Source: Hymenobacter sp.
GTDB taxonomy: Bacteria > Bacteroidota > Bacteroidia > Cytophagales > Hymenobacteraceae
DNA: 64,000 nucleotides
Direction of reading: 5' to 3'
Assembly: GCA_965247135.1 (NCBI GenBank)
Contig: CBDFGP010000004.1
Location: forward strand, 912,814-976,813
Below, one piece after another: positions 44,501 to 54,217 of this stretch. Positions within the stretch are counted from its first letter, which is position 1. Every line of letters begins with the position of its first letter. Below the pieces are notes generated by a model. That model saw only the letters and a program-made list of their open reading frames with translations. It searched no databases and was not told where the DNA came from. Both the position numbers and the translations under genes were made by a program.

Positions 44501-47500
44501 CACCGTCACGCGGGTGCTGGCCACGTTGTCGGCCAGCACGGGGTCGGCGGTGCTGGCCCGCACGCTGGCCGTGGTGGTGAGAAAGCCCGTAGCCGGAGCC
44601 GGGGCCACCACGGTGTGCGTCACGGAGGTACTGGAAGTTTGGGTTGCCAGCACCGGAAAGGTCAGCACCCCGGTCGTGACATCGTACACGGCCGTGCCGC
44701 CGGGTAGCGCAAAGCTGATGATGGCGCTGCTGCCACTGCCGCTGGCCGTGCCACTCTGCCCGTCCACCTGAAAGCCGGTGGTGGTGAGGTTGGGGCTGAG
44801 GGCCACTTGCAAAGCCACGTTCTGGGCCGCGCTGGGGCCGTTGTTGCCCTGAACCACGGTGTAGGTCACGGGCGCACCGGCCGCCACGCTGCCGCCCGGC
44901 GCGTTGGCACTGATGGTGGTGTAAACGTTGGCCGACACCGTGGGGGCCGGGCCGACGGTGGTGGTCACGCTGGTGGTGTTGTTGGGCGGGTTGGTTTCGC
45001 CCCCGGCGGCGGTGTTGGGCTGCACCAGGGCCGTCAGAGTGAGTGGCCCGCTGACCGGCGCGGCAAACGAGATGGTGTTGGTGATGACCTCGGTGCGGGG
45101 CAGGCTGCCGGGAATCGGGAACGTGAACGTGCTAACCCCGCCGCTGAACGAGTAGGTGCCGCCGTTGCTCAAAAACACGTTGGTCAGGGCCACGCCGGTG
45201 TTCAGGCTCACGGTTTGGGTGGCGTTGGGGGCCGGGCTGGGGCCGGCGTTCTGGGTGGTCAGAAAGTAGGTGGCGAGTTGGCCCGCGCCCACACTGGCCG
45301 GTCCGTTCAGGGTCGTGAACAAGTCAAACGCGGGCAGGGTGGTGATGGTGATTTGCTGGCTGTCGTTGGCCGTGACCCCGGCCTGGCTGGTGGTGGTGCT
45401 GATGGCCGCCACCGCCGTCACCGACCCCGTGGTGGCGGGTTGCACAAAGGTGATGACCGAGCTGAACACCTGCCCCCGCACAATGCTGGTGATGCCGCTG
45501 TACGTGACCCGCCCCGTGGCGGGGTCGTACACGCCGCCCCCGGTCACGGACGACACGTTGAGGCCCGTGGGAAGTTGCACAAACGCCACCACCCCGTTGG
45601 CGGTGCTGGCCCCGACGTTGGTAAAGCTCACGTTGAACTGCCCCGGCTGACCCGACGACACCGGCGTGGTCCCCACCGCCACCGTGGCCACCACGTCGGC
45701 CGTAAAGGTGATGTTGGCCGAAAACTCCGAGGTGTTGGTGCCGATGGTGGCCGTGGTCGTGACCCCGACTTGCAAAATCGTGGCCTGCTGGGCCGCCGTG
45801 AGGCTGCTGAATGGGATGGTGAAGTGAAAACGGCTGGCCGCCGGGTCCTGCCCCTGCGGCACCCCACTAATGGCCCCCGGCCCGTAGCTGCCCGTGCCGC
45901 CGTCGGTGTCGTCGGCGGTGCCTTCGGTGCGGGTCACGAGGTAGGTGCGGCCCTCGCCAAAACGAGTGGGGTCCACTTGCGGAATGAAAATCTCGACCAC
46001 CGCGCCGGGCCGGCAAAAGCCGTCGAGCAACAGGTTGCCGCCCACCACGTCAATGCCGGTCAGCACCGGGTAGTCCACGCCCCGGTTGGGCACGGTGTTG
46101 GGCGCGGCGGCGGGGTCGTTGCCGTCGTTGAGGGTCACGCCATCGCCGGAGCCGTACTCAATGTTGCCGTTGCCGGGGCCTTGCACGTAGGCCGAAGCGC
46201 GGGTCACGTGGTCAATGGAAATGGCCCCGTTGGCGTACTCGGAATTCTGGCTGATGACGACGTTCTGTTGCCCGTAGCCCACCACAATGGCCGAAGCCTG
46301 GGTGTCGGTGATGATGTTTTTGGTGATGAGGTCGGTTTGCCCCACAAGGCTGCGGCGGTTGCCGTCGCGTTGCAGGTAGCAGATGGCCGAGCCTTCGAGC
46401 TGCGACTGCGCGTAGCCCGCCCCGCCCTGCCCGGCCGCAATCATGGTGTTGTTGCGAACAATGGACGAAGCAGTTTGACCAATCTCAAACTGCACCGCGC
46501 TGGAGTTGGAGCGCGTGAAGAGGTTGCCCTCGACCAGCACCGGCCCGGCCCCGCCCGCATCGCCCAAGCTGATGGCATCGCCCCCGGCACTGGTGTAGCC
46601 GTTCTGGGTAAACTCGTTGCCCGTCAAGGTGATGATGGTGGCATTGCCCGTCCCGTTGTTGATGTTCACCCCCGAGTTGCCCGTGAAGCCCACCAGGTTG
46701 CCCGAAAACAGGCCCGCGCCGCCCGTGATGTTCACCCCGTAGTTGGCCGACACCGTGTTGTCGTTCGGGTAAGCATAGTTGGTGGCGCTGCCGCCGATGA
46801 TGTTTTCCTCAATCACAAAGCCGGTGGCACTGGTAGCCACGGTGGCATTGGTGCCGCCCCGCAGGGCCACGTAGCGCACCGCGTCGCCGGCCCCGGTTAT
46901 TGTGAGCAGCATGGCATTGGCGTTGGTTGTCAGCAAGCTGACTTCCGGCCGGGCCACTGGGGTCAGGGGCAGGCCGTCCACGCCCACCACGTCGCTGGTG
47001 CCGAGTGTGCCGGGGTTGGTATCGCCGATGTTCACGGTTTGGGTGCGCCCGTCGATGGCCGTGTTAGGCCCGGTGCAGGTCAGCAGACTCAGGACCGCAA
47101 ACACGGCCCGCTGGTCAGTGCCCGCTGTGCCGGTAAGCTGGTTGGGCAGGCCCGCCCGCAGGCCGGGGTGGGCCACCCCGTCGCCCACCATAAAAATGGT
47201 GGTTTCTACGCCCGCCGCCGGGTTGGGGCCACCGGGGTTGGTGGCCGGGTCCTGGTCGAGGCCGGTATTGGCCAGCGCGTTGGCGTTGGCCAGAAACTGC
47301 CGCAACGAGCCTTGCCCCGCGTCGTTCACATTCACGACAGTGCTGAAGTTGAAGCCGAAGTCCACGCCCGTGGCATCGGTGGCCCCCAGCGTCACGGGCG
47401 CAATGTTCTGGGCACCGGCGGGCAAGTTGGTGGCCGGAACCACCGTGAAGCTGGCCGTGGTGAAAGTGGTGTAAGCCGAACTGGCGGGCTGAAACGTGCC

Positions 47501-48388
47501 CAGCGAGGTGCCGTTGATGGCCACCGTCAGGGCCTGAACATTGTTGGTGCGTTGCGCCGCCCGGAAGCGGATGGTATAGGTGCCGGAGCTGAGGCTGAAG
47601 CCCTGGCTGAAGCTGCTAAAACTGCCGTTGTAGGACTGCACAAACGCCACCTGGGTGCCGTCGGGGGCCACGGGGTTGCCGCCGCCCACATTGAAGGCGC
47701 TACCGTTGGCGGCAATGCCGGTTCCGTTGGGAAAGCTCCAGGTGGCCCCGCCGGGGCTGTATTGGTAGCTGCCGTTGCCGGTGCCCAGGTTCGGGGTTTC
47801 AAAGCTCGGATTGACGGGCAACCCGGCCACCACGGTGTTGGTGGCATCCAGAATTTCCACCAAATCCACAAACGCCGTGTTGTCACCGGCCACGGCGGCC
47901 CCCGTGAAGCTCAGCGTCTGGCCGGTGGCTGGCGTGGCATCGGCGGCCGTGGGGTTTTCGCCGCCCACCCGTTCGGGGTCGGCCGCGCCGTTGGCGGTGC
48001 GGTAGGTTTGCACCGGCAGCAAGCCCGCCACGCCGCCTGCCCGCGCCGGTTGCACCGTGCCGCTGGGCACCCGCACCACGTAGCTGCCCGCCGCCAGCCC
48101 GCCAAAGCTGTAGCTGCCGTTGGCAGCCGTGGTGGCAGCGGCCACAAACGTGCCCGACGCATTGTAAAGCTCGACGCGGGTGCCCGCGCTGGCAATGCTG
48201 GCCAAGCCCGAAGCCGCCGCCGACGCGCTGGCCGTGGCGAGGTTCCGCCCGCTGCCGCCGCCGTAGTTCACGTCCTCGAACACGGTGCCGCCAATGGTGG
48301 CCTGGGCCGTGGCCGTGGCCGGTCGCAAAGCCAGCCCCACCGCAAACAAACTTAAGAATATGTTAGAAAAAATTTGTTGAGTTTTCAT
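41555..48388 (-). CDS. Giant T9SS-secreted adhesin-like protein (SdrD-B-like start, beta-helix region, tandem DUF11-like Ig repeats, type A CTD)
   Basis: Signal peptide after ATG 48388; GTVFEDVNY; repeated DV...GP...G..V.Y.V...N.GP..A...DP...NN repeats; YPLPVELL...YYRLRQVDLDG...YPNP tail. Confidence 0.9.
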   Translation of the reverse strand: MKTQQIFSNIFLSLFAVGLALRPATATAQATIGGTVFEDVNYGGGSGRNLATASASAAASGLASIASAGTRVELYNASGTFVAAATTAANGSYSFGGLAAGSYVVRVPSGTVQPARAGGVAGLLPVQTYRTANGAADPERVGGENPTAADATPATGQTLSFTGAAVAGDNTAFVDLVEILDATNTVVAGLPVNPSFETPNLGTGNGSYQYSPGGATWSFPNGTGIAANGSAFNVGGGNPVAPDGTQVAFVQSYNGSFSSFSQGFSLSSGTYTIRFRAAQRTNNVQALTVAINGTSLGTFQPASSAYTTFTTASFTVVPATNLPAGAQNIAPVTLGATDATGVDFGFNFSTVVNVNDAGQGSLRQFLANANALANTGLDQDPATNPGGPNPAAGVETTIFMVGDGVAHPGLRAGLPNQLTGTAGTDQRAVFAVLSLLTCTGPNTAIDGRTQTVNIGDTNPGTLGTSDVVGVDGLPLTPVARPEVSLLTTNANAMLLTITGAGDAVRYVALRGGTNATVATSATGFVIEENIIGGSATNYAYPNDNTVSANYGVNITGGAGLFSGNLVGFTGNSGVNINNGTGNATIITLTGNEFTQNGYTSAGGDAISLGDAGGAGPVLVEGNLFTRSNSSAVQFEIGQTASSIVRNNTMIAAGQGGAGYAQSQLEGSAICYLQRDGNRRSLVGQTDLITKNIITDTQASAIVVGYGQQNVVISQNSEYANGAISIDHVTRASAYVQGPGNGNIEYGSGDGVTLNDGNDPAAAPNTVPNRGVDYPVLTGIDVVGGNLLLDGFCRPGAVVEIFIPQVDPTRFGEGRTYLVTRTEGTADDTDGGTGSYGPGAISGVPQGQDPAASRFHFTIPFSSLTAAQQATILQVGVTTTATIGTNTSEFSANITFTADVVATVAVGTTPVSSGQPGQFNVSFTNVGASTANGVVAFVQLPTGLNVSSVTGGGVYDPATGRVTYSGITSIVRGQVFSSVITFVQPATTGSVTAVAAISTTTSQAGVTANDSQQITITTLPAFDLFTTLNGPASVGAGQLATYFLTTQNAGPSPAPNATQTVSLNTGVALTNVFLSNGGTYSFSGGVSTFTFPIPGSLPRTEVITNTISFAAPVSGPLTLTALVQPNTAAGGETNPPNNTTSVTTTVGPAPTVSANVYTTISANAPGGSVAAGAPVTYTVVQGNNGPSAAQNVALQVALSPNLTTTGFQVDGQSGTASGSGSSAIISFALPGGTAVYDVTTGVLTFPVLATQTSSTSVTHTVVAPAPATGFLTTTASVRASTADPVLADNVASTRVTVDNLANADVSTNIVGPVQATAGQALTYTVVSTNRGPGQALNAVQFVNIAAGLPLAGPNAVLVNGAAPTTVSGTVATYGTGPTAATYDASSGVLRIPVPGILFPGSSVTNTLTYVAPVGNGTLSNVAVVRSDATDPVPANNVASLQTPVSAQADVAVVLTGPASSTVGAPVTIQVLTTNNGPSPSPSQTTTVQLPSGLAGVEVRGYDGAVLAGAYNALSGRVTFPALSNLPAGSAATQRGSISFITPGGNVITPTANVSVSGVDDSNLNNNATALSISISPASASNPDVSTAFVGLPGTAAAGSTVAFTVQTANSAAAPATGVVQEVALPAGLNAAGFAVGGSPATLDPITGFYNFAVPGGTATYDPGSGRLVIPIGNLGTGSTVNTALAFAAPGRSPLVLTATATLNETDTNGGNNRTTATVPLSDTVDVATAVSGPATASAGSTVTYGVVTQNNGPSVAANVVQTLTIPAGATNVTITGGGTQTGNVITFPTITSLQPGGANSVTNSVIFTVPTGATTFTVKGQVSATGDTAPSGNNVSSFTTTAPANLPPLAQDVVNYLQAPRGETAGPLPIAPLQGTDIDGSIASFTVTQLPTAAQGLLYYLNGATLTLVAVGQALTPSQAATLYFDPTPGYIGNVFFYFQATDNGNGTPANALSSNVARYTIPVGQDNPSLYAALPTNPGAYATNQTLANVFDNNGGKYTAAGAVDSGPNGNGLVSAALTPTSGPGSAPAPSGNPGNALPPGTALDPATGRIYVSNPAQLVPGTYTVNVTTVDLFGGTNTQPVTFVIGPYPLPVELLAFAAKAVQNADAALTWRTASERNSAYWSLERSADGKTFAAFARLDAQGNTSRPTDYRFVDRAAAQRGALAYYRLRQVDLDGRESLSPVQVVRFTGTLVPALGVYPNPATTSVSLDLSALPTGSYRLQVLDALGRTVRTQALPGGSNTPVNLANLATGQYLLQLSGQEANAGLVFRQRLTKE

Positions 48389-48848
48389 AGTAAAAAAAGG
48401 AAATTTTTTAGTAGTTGTGCAAAAACAACTGCACACTAGTTGCCTGCTAACAGGTTGATTGAAAACAAAAAGGCCATTAGCTGCCAGCCATTTGCGAATG
48501 AATAACTACTTAAATTACTAAACTATTATAAATGAGCAAATACATCTGTCCGGTCGTCCGGCCGTCCACGAAGGACTAAGCCTGCTATACGCCAACGCCG
48601 GACAAAACGATGGGGAACCCGCACGCCGTGCCCACCCATTGAGTGGTGACAAAGCGGACTTCTGTACCCCAAACGACGATTTTGGCACTTAAATTAACTT
48701 TCAGTACCCCAAAAAATCACATGAAGATGTGAGGGCTGCGTACGACCCGGTGGCCGCTGCCGGATGGCAATACGAGCCGCAACTGGCCCTTGTATTGCCC
48801 CTAAATTGCCTGGCCCAGCGGGGCGGGAGGGGCAGCTGGGTCCGCCTT

Positions 48849-50870
48849 TTAGGGCAGCACGAGCCGCGCCCCCAGCACCCGCACCAAATCGGGTAGGTCG
48901 TAGTGCTGCAACACGCCGGGTAGCACGTCGGAGTAGGTGTCGCGGGTGGTGGGCCGGGCCAGCAGTTCCGGGTAGGAAGGCGGCAGGGCGGCCAGGTACA
49001 CTTGGGCAATTCGGGGCGTGAGAACGGCGGCGTACAACGCCACGCGGGCGGCGGTCGGGCCATCGGCGTACACGTCCACGGGCCGGTAGTCGGCATCCAG
49101 GTACTCCAGGGCCGTGCCCAGGTCGTGCATTCGCTGGGCCAGCAGGGGGTGGCCCAGGTGCAGGGCCAGCAGAGCGGGGCGGTATTCGCGGTTGTAATAC
49201 TTGGGGTCGTTAGCCGCGGCCGGGTCGGCGGTTTCGCCCTGGCCGCGCAGGTCAATCAGCAGAACGGTCTGGTAGGTTTTCAGTTGCGTGTGCAGCCAGG
49301 CGGCGCGGCCAGCCAGGGCGGCCTTGCCGCTATCGGCAAAGCAGAGCAGGACGCGGTTGGTGGGCTTGTCCTCCGAGCGGGCTTCCAGCCGCAGGGCGGG
49401 CAGGGGCAGGGCGGGCAACGGCAAGTCGCGCCCGTTTCGCAAAACGAGCTTCCGAAACGACAACCCGGCACGGCTGACGTAGTCCAAAATTTCGGCATCG
49501 ACGACGCGCTGGTAACGCCGGTAGCCGCTTGGTTCGAACGCCCGCCGGGCCGCCTCGCCCAACTGGGCACTCACGGCCAAAGCCAACCCCGCCGGGGCCA
49601 ACACGGGGCGGGCAGTAGCCAAGCGTTGCGCTTCGGCCCGGTAGAACGCCGACAGGTTTTCTTCGTCGGCAAAGCTGGTGTTCACCTGTCCGGTGGCCGT
49701 GCATTGCAGTTCCGGCGCGGTAGCTACCGGCAACTCCCCTTCGGTGTCGTACACCGGCCCCCGAAACCCTTGCAACTCGTGCTGAAACCAATGCAAAACG
49801 GCTTCGCGCTTGGGTTTGGAAAGCCCGTGCCCGTCCGGAAACGCATCGAGCGGCGGCCCCGGCAAAGGGTGGTTCAAGGCCGCACAAACCTCCTCCACTT
49901 CGTTGCAGGCACTTTCGATGCTCTGGTAATCTACAAAATCAAACTTGCCCGCCAGCACCAGCAGTGGCTTGGGCGCGAAAGCAATGAGCCAGTCGCCGAT
50001 GTCGAGCCGGGCCGCGCCCGCGCCGGGCAGCATCACGCAGCCGTCGGCCGGGCCGGTCAGTTCCAGGTTGCGCTCGCCGGCGGCCACGTAGCTGCACAGG
50101 GCCGCCGCTTTCAGGCGCGGGTCGTAGGCCATGAGGTAGGCCGTTTGGGTGGCCCCGCCGGAATTGCCGAGGCAGCCCAGGCGGGCGGTGTCCACTTCGG
50201 GCCGGGTGGCAAGGTAGTCCAGCCCGCGCACGTTGTCCCAGAGTTCGGCGGCGGCCAGGGTGCGGCCCAGCAGGTTGGCCTGGGCGTTGAGTAGGGTGTG
50301 TTCGGTGGTGCCGCCCCGCGCCAGGGGCTGGCCGGTGGCATCGGTCAGTTGCAGCCGTTCGCCCTGGCTCACGGGGTCGGGCACCAGCACCACAAAACCG
50401 TGGGTGGTCAGCAGCAGGGCTGCTTGCTGGTAGCTCCTGGTGGCTTTGCCTTCGGCTTCGTGCCCGCAGGGGAACAGCACGGCCGGGTGCTGCCCCCGGC
50501 CAGCGGGCACGTACAGGTTGGCCGTGACGTGGTGGTGCGGGGTGCTTTCAAAAATGACTTTCTCGACCCGAAACCCCCGCCGTTGCAGCGTCCCCGTGGT
50601 TTGTGCCCGGAGCGGGGTGCGGGTAGCAGGCAGCGGCCCCAGCACCCGCCGGAACCGTGCCCGCACACTGTCGTGGTAGGCGTGGGTGCCAGCGGCGGTG
50701 GCCGTGGCCTGGGTCAGGGCCGTTGTTCGCCGGGCATACTGTTGGTGCAGGTCCTGCATCAGGTAACTGTGCAGGGTGGTGTTGGCCTTCCAGGGCAACA
50801 CGTTGTAGGGCGACTGCGCCGGACTGGCAAAGCCAGCCAGCAGCAGCAAAAACAAGGTGGGACGAAACAT
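48849..50870 (-). CDS. Secreted alpha/beta-hydrolase, acetylxylan esterase-like
   Basis: VIFES...VTANLYVP, PCGH, LDYLATRPEVD...GCLGNSGGA nucleophile elbow; degenerate second module. Confidence 0.85.
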   Translation of the reverse strand: MFRPTLFLLLLAGFASPAQSPYNVLPWKANTTLHSYLMQDLHQQYARRTTALTQATATAAGTHAYHDSVRARFRRVLGPLPATRTPLRAQTTGTLQRRGFRVEKVIFESTPHHHVTANLYVPAGRGQHPAVLFPCGHEAEGKATRSYQQAALLLTTHGFVVLVPDPVSQGERLQLTDATGQPLARGGTTEHTLLNAQANLLGRTLAAAELWDNVRGLDYLATRPEVDTARLGCLGNSGGATQTAYLMAYDPRLKAAALCSYVAAGERNLELTGPADGCVMLPGAGAARLDIGDWLIAFAPKPLLVLAGKFDFVDYQSIESACNEVEEVCAALNHPLPGPPLDAFPDGHGLSKPKREAVLHWFQHELQGFRGPVYDTEGELPVATAPELQCTATGQVNTSFADEENLSAFYRAEAQRLATARPVLAPAGLALAVSAQLGEAARRAFEPSGYRRYQRVVDAEILDYVSRAGLSFRKLVLRNGRDLPLPALPLPALRLEARSEDKPTNRVLLCFADSGKAALAGRAAWLHTQLKTYQTVLLIDLRGQGETADPAAANDPKYYNREYRPALLALHLGHPLLAQRMHDLGTALEYLDADYRPVDVYADGPTAARVALYAAVLTPRIAQVYLAALPPSYPELLARPTTRDTYSDVLPGVLQHYDLPDLVRVLGARLVLP

Positions 50871-51103
50871 AAGCGGCAGCAAAAGCCAGCTTACGCCAAA
50901 CCGGCCTTCGTTGGGCACCAGGACCGCGCTCCGGGGCTTCAGAAAAGGCTGGCCGTGCCGACCGCCCCGGCCACCCACCGTGCCGCCAGCTTGGCCTTCG
51001 TCGTTTATTTCAACCCCGCCCAGCCGGGCAGGGCCAGCAACTGAAGCTGGCCGCTCCGGCTGTCGCTTTGAAGCTGTTTGAGTTACTATCCAGGACCGTC
51101 GGA

Positions 51104-51135
51104 CGAGTACCCCGAAGCTGTGCTTCGGGGTACTC
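51104..51135. repeat. Single REP-like hairpin CGAGTACCCCGAAGC-tgt-GCTTCGGGGTACTCG
   Basis: Perfect 15-bp stem; same family as 33972-34106. Confidence 0.85.
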
Positions 51136-51187
51136 GGGCAACTAACGCAAACAGTTTCTTTGTCAACATACGCCGTGCAGGGTGCCG

Positions 51188-51325
51188 GGCCATGTGGTCC
51201 GCACCGGGCAGATTGCGGGCGATGCCGCCACCATCGGCAGCGTTGGACTGGCCACTGACACCTACGTGCTGCAAGTAGCCGTACCCAACGAGGCCCCGGC
51301 CACCCAGCGGCTGGTGCTGGAATAG
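51188..51325 (+). pseudogene. Orphan T9SS type A C-terminal domain remnant
   Basis: Reads GHVVRTGQIAGDAATIGSVGLATDTYVLQVAVPNEAPATQRLVLE* with no start or gene body upstream. Confidence 0.7.
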
Positions 51326-51347
51326 GGCGGGGTTTTTTGAGTACAGA

Positions 51348-51554
51348 ACTTACGCACAGGGCGGCATTTTCAGCCCCGGAGGGGCGGCATATCGGTAGTA
51401 AATGATTGGTTTGGTGGCACCAAGCCCCAGCGGGGCGACACCTTTTTTTGCGAACGTCAGGTGTCGCCCCGCTGGGGCTTTGGCCTTCCTTGTCAGCCCA
51501 TTACTACCGATATGCCGCCCCTCTGGGGCTTAACTAAATCCGCTGTGCGTAAGT
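51348..51554. repeat. Triple-nested fold-back element (207 bp)
   Basis: Arms 51348-51359/51543-51554, 51372-51401/51501-51530 and 51422-51443/51459-51480. Confidence 0.88.
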
Positions 51555-51562
51555 CCTGGAGT

Positions 51563-51601
51563 AAAAAGGCCCCCGGCTGCACTCGCAGTTGGGGGCTTTT
51601 T
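51563..51601. terminator. Probable intrinsic terminator of the penicillin acylase gene
   Basis: aaaaaggcccccggctgc-actc-gcagttgggggcttttt. Confidence 0.7.
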
Positions 51602-51639
51602 GTTATGAGGATGTAGGGTGCGAAGCTAAGCCCCGCACC

Positions 51640-54087
51640 CTACCGCAACTCCCAGCGCACCGCAGCCCGCGCATCCTGTGCATCGGCGCTTCGCAGAAAC
51701 ACCAGTTCCTGCAACTGCCCCACGCGCCAGGTTTCCAGCATATTGTCGTAGTAGGGCGAGCCGGGGTTGCCGCTTTGGCCACCGGGGTACACGCCGTAGG
51801 CCCGCAGTTGCGGCCCCAGCGCCACCACCATGCGCCAGCTCGGGCCGTTGCGCTCGGAGGTGGCGTTCACGATGCCGGGACCGCCGCCGCAGTTCAGGTT
51901 GGGGTGGCCGAAGCCTTTGAGTTGCAGCATATGGCGGATGTCGGTGCCTTTCTGGTCGGCCCAGCGCCACTTGGGGCCAAAGGGGCCGAATTTGCGGGTG
52001 AGCGAATCCAGCGCGAAGGCCAGACTTTGGCGGGCCAGGTCGGGCAGGGTTTCGCGGCGCGGGGTGCGGCGGTCGTCGGCCCAGTGGCTGCTGTCGTCGC
52101 TCAGAATAAGGTTGTTGGTGCGGTCGCGGGCGGGGTAGCGCATTTCGCGGCTGGTCACTTTCGGGCCGAAGTCGTCGTCCCAGAGCCGCTTCACCAGGTC
52201 GTTGTACCACAGCTCAAAAATGCTGGGGCCGACGGCATCGGCAGCGTAGCGGTAGCGCCACTGCCGCAACGCGGCCAGGGCTTGGGCGGTGGGCGAACCG
52301 GCTGGCGCAGTACCGGCCAGGGCTATCATTCGGGGCAGCATCAGTTGGGCGTTCAGGCCCAGGTCGTCGTTCTGAAGTTGGCGCAGGCTGTCGGGCGTGG
52401 CCTTGGTCATCTGGCTCAGGCGCTGGTTGATGCGCCGCGCCCGCTCCGAACTGCCGTAGTCCCAGTTCAGGTAATAGGGGTAGTCGATGGGGCGGGCCGA
52501 AAACTGGTTGGCCGAACTCACAAAACCCCGCGCCGGGTTGCGGACGTGCGGGTTCTGAGCGGCCGGAATCCAGCCCTGCCAGTCCTGGGCCGGGTCGGAG
52601 CCGTCGAGCAGGTACTTGCCCTGTTCGCGCCACTTCAGCGGGAAATGGCCGTTGGGCCACAGCGCAATGTCCTGGGCGGCATCGGCCCACACAAAGTTTT
52701 GGGCCGGTGCGCCGTAGGTGGCCAGCGCGGCGGTGTAGTCGGCGTAGTTGCTGGCTCGGTTGAGGCGGTAGAAGGCCAGAAACTCGTTGGCCGCGTCGTG
52801 GGCGGTCCAGCGCAGGGCGTGGCCAATGGGCGTTTGGGGCAGGAAGGGCTTTTCGGGCCGCTCGTACACCACCGGGCCGTGGTGGGTGTACAGCACCGTG
52901 TCCAGCCGGTCGGCCTGCCCGCGCACCCGGATGCGCTCGATGCGCCGCCGCACGGGCTGCCAGCGGCCCGCGTACCAATATTCGCGCCGGTGGCCGTCCC
53001 GAAACTGCACCTCGTACCAGTCCAGCACGTCGGCGTAGGTGTTGGTCACGCCCCAGGCCGCCCGTGCATTGAAACCAATGATGGCAAACGGTGCCCCCGG
53101 AATGGCCACTCCGTAGGTGTTCACGCCCGGCGCAGCCAGCTGCACCTGATACCAGATGCTGGGCAGGTTCAGGGCCAGGTGCGGGTCGTTGGCGAGGATG
53201 GGAAACCCCGTGGCCGACCGCGCCCCGCTCACCGCAAAGTTGTTGGACCCGATTTCCTTGGCCGGGTCATAGGGCGGCATAGCCGTCGTTGGGGCCGCCT
53301 CGGCGGCGGCAAACTGCGGCGGCACGGCGGGCACCGGCAGCGGCGCAAAGTCCAGCGGCGTGCCGGGCGGAATGACCGGGCTTTCGCGGGTGGGGTAGTC
53401 CGGGAACAGGTCGCGCATCACCGCCGGGCCGTACTGTGCCAGCGCGTTGCTCATCCGCATATCGTCGGACTTGCCCGTGAGGTCAAATGCCATGTACTTC
53501 AGGATAAGTACACTCTTGAGCGGTGCCCACGGCTCCGGCCGGTAGTCGAGCAGCTTGTACTCGAAGGGCAGCGTGGCCGGGGTCAGGCCCCCGATGCAGG
53601 CATTCACCCCGTCGGCGTAAGAAGTCAGCACCAGCTTCGTGGTCGGCTCGGCCATTGCGGCTTTCAACGATTTCTCGGCCCCAAACCCCAGGCCCATGCG
53701 CCGGAAAAACCGGTCGGTTTCCAGCCGGGCCGGCCCCACGATTTCGGCCAGCCGCCCGCCCGCTACGTGGGCCAGGAAATCCATCTGCCAAAGCCGGTCG
53801 CGGGCCGTGAGGTAGCCCTGGGCGTAGTACAGGTCGTGGTCGTTGCGGGCAAAGATGTGCGGCACCCGGCGCGCGTCGTAGCGCACCGTCACGAGCGCTT
53901 GCAGCCCCGGCAAGTCCAGCGCCTGCCGGGCCGGAAAGTCGCCGGGGGCCTCGCCGTTGCGCCAAAACCCCCGGTACGGACTCAGCAACTTACCAAACGG
54001 CGGCACGTCGCCGTGCTTGGTATTCAGGCCCCACACCAGGGCCAGGCTGGCGGCAAAAGCCAGCAGAAATTTCAGCCAGGAAACCAT
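51640..54087 (-). CDS. Penicillin acylase family (Ntn hydrolase)
   Basis: AQGYLTARDRLWQMD, GSNNFA (catalytic Ser), LANDPHL, SANQ, PGGQSGNPGSPYY. Confidence 0.95.
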   Translation of the reverse strand: MVSWLKFLLAFAASLALVWGLNTKHGDVPPFGKLLSPYRGFWRNGEAPGDFPARQALDLPGLQALVTVRYDARRVPHIFARNDHDLYYAQGYLTARDRLWQMDFLAHVAGGRLAEIVGPARLETDRFFRRMGLGFGAEKSLKAAMAEPTTKLVLTSYADGVNACIGGLTPATLPFEYKLLDYRPEPWAPLKSVLILKYMAFDLTGKSDDMRMSNALAQYGPAVMRDLFPDYPTRESPVIPPGTPLDFAPLPVPAVPPQFAAAEAAPTTAMPPYDPAKEIGSNNFAVSGARSATGFPILANDPHLALNLPSIWYQVQLAAPGVNTYGVAIPGAPFAIIGFNARAAWGVTNTYADVLDWYEVQFRDGHRREYWYAGRWQPVRRRIERIRVRGQADRLDTVLYTHHGPVVYERPEKPFLPQTPIGHALRWTAHDAANEFLAFYRLNRASNYADYTAALATYGAPAQNFVWADAAQDIALWPNGHFPLKWREQGKYLLDGSDPAQDWQGWIPAAQNPHVRNPARGFVSSANQFSARPIDYPYYLNWDYGSSERARRINQRLSQMTKATPDSLRQLQNDDLGLNAQLMLPRMIALAGTAPAGSPTAQALAALRQWRYRYAADAVGPSIFELWYNDLVKRLWDDDFGPKVTSREMRYPARDRTNNLILSDDSSHWADDRRTPRRETLPDLARQSLAFALDSLTRKFGPFGPKWRWADQKGTDIRHMLQLKGFGHPNLNCGGGPGIVNATSERNGPSWRMVVALGPQLRAYGVYPGGQSGNPGSPYYDNMLETWRVGQLQELVFLRSADAQDARAAVRWELR

Positions 54088-54217
54088 AAGCGCAGGAATG
54101 AGCCTGCAAATAGCAACCGGCGCGGGGAAGTTGGACAGAAACTAAGGGAACGGGCGGCGATTGCAGACTGAAAACCTGCGACACCTGAGCGCGGGGCGGT
54201 GCCCCGTGCCCACCCAC

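Noticed and set aside
48389-48720. Known riboswitch (c-di-GMP, cobalamin, TPP, SAM)
   Set aside because: No consensus motif recognisable by eye
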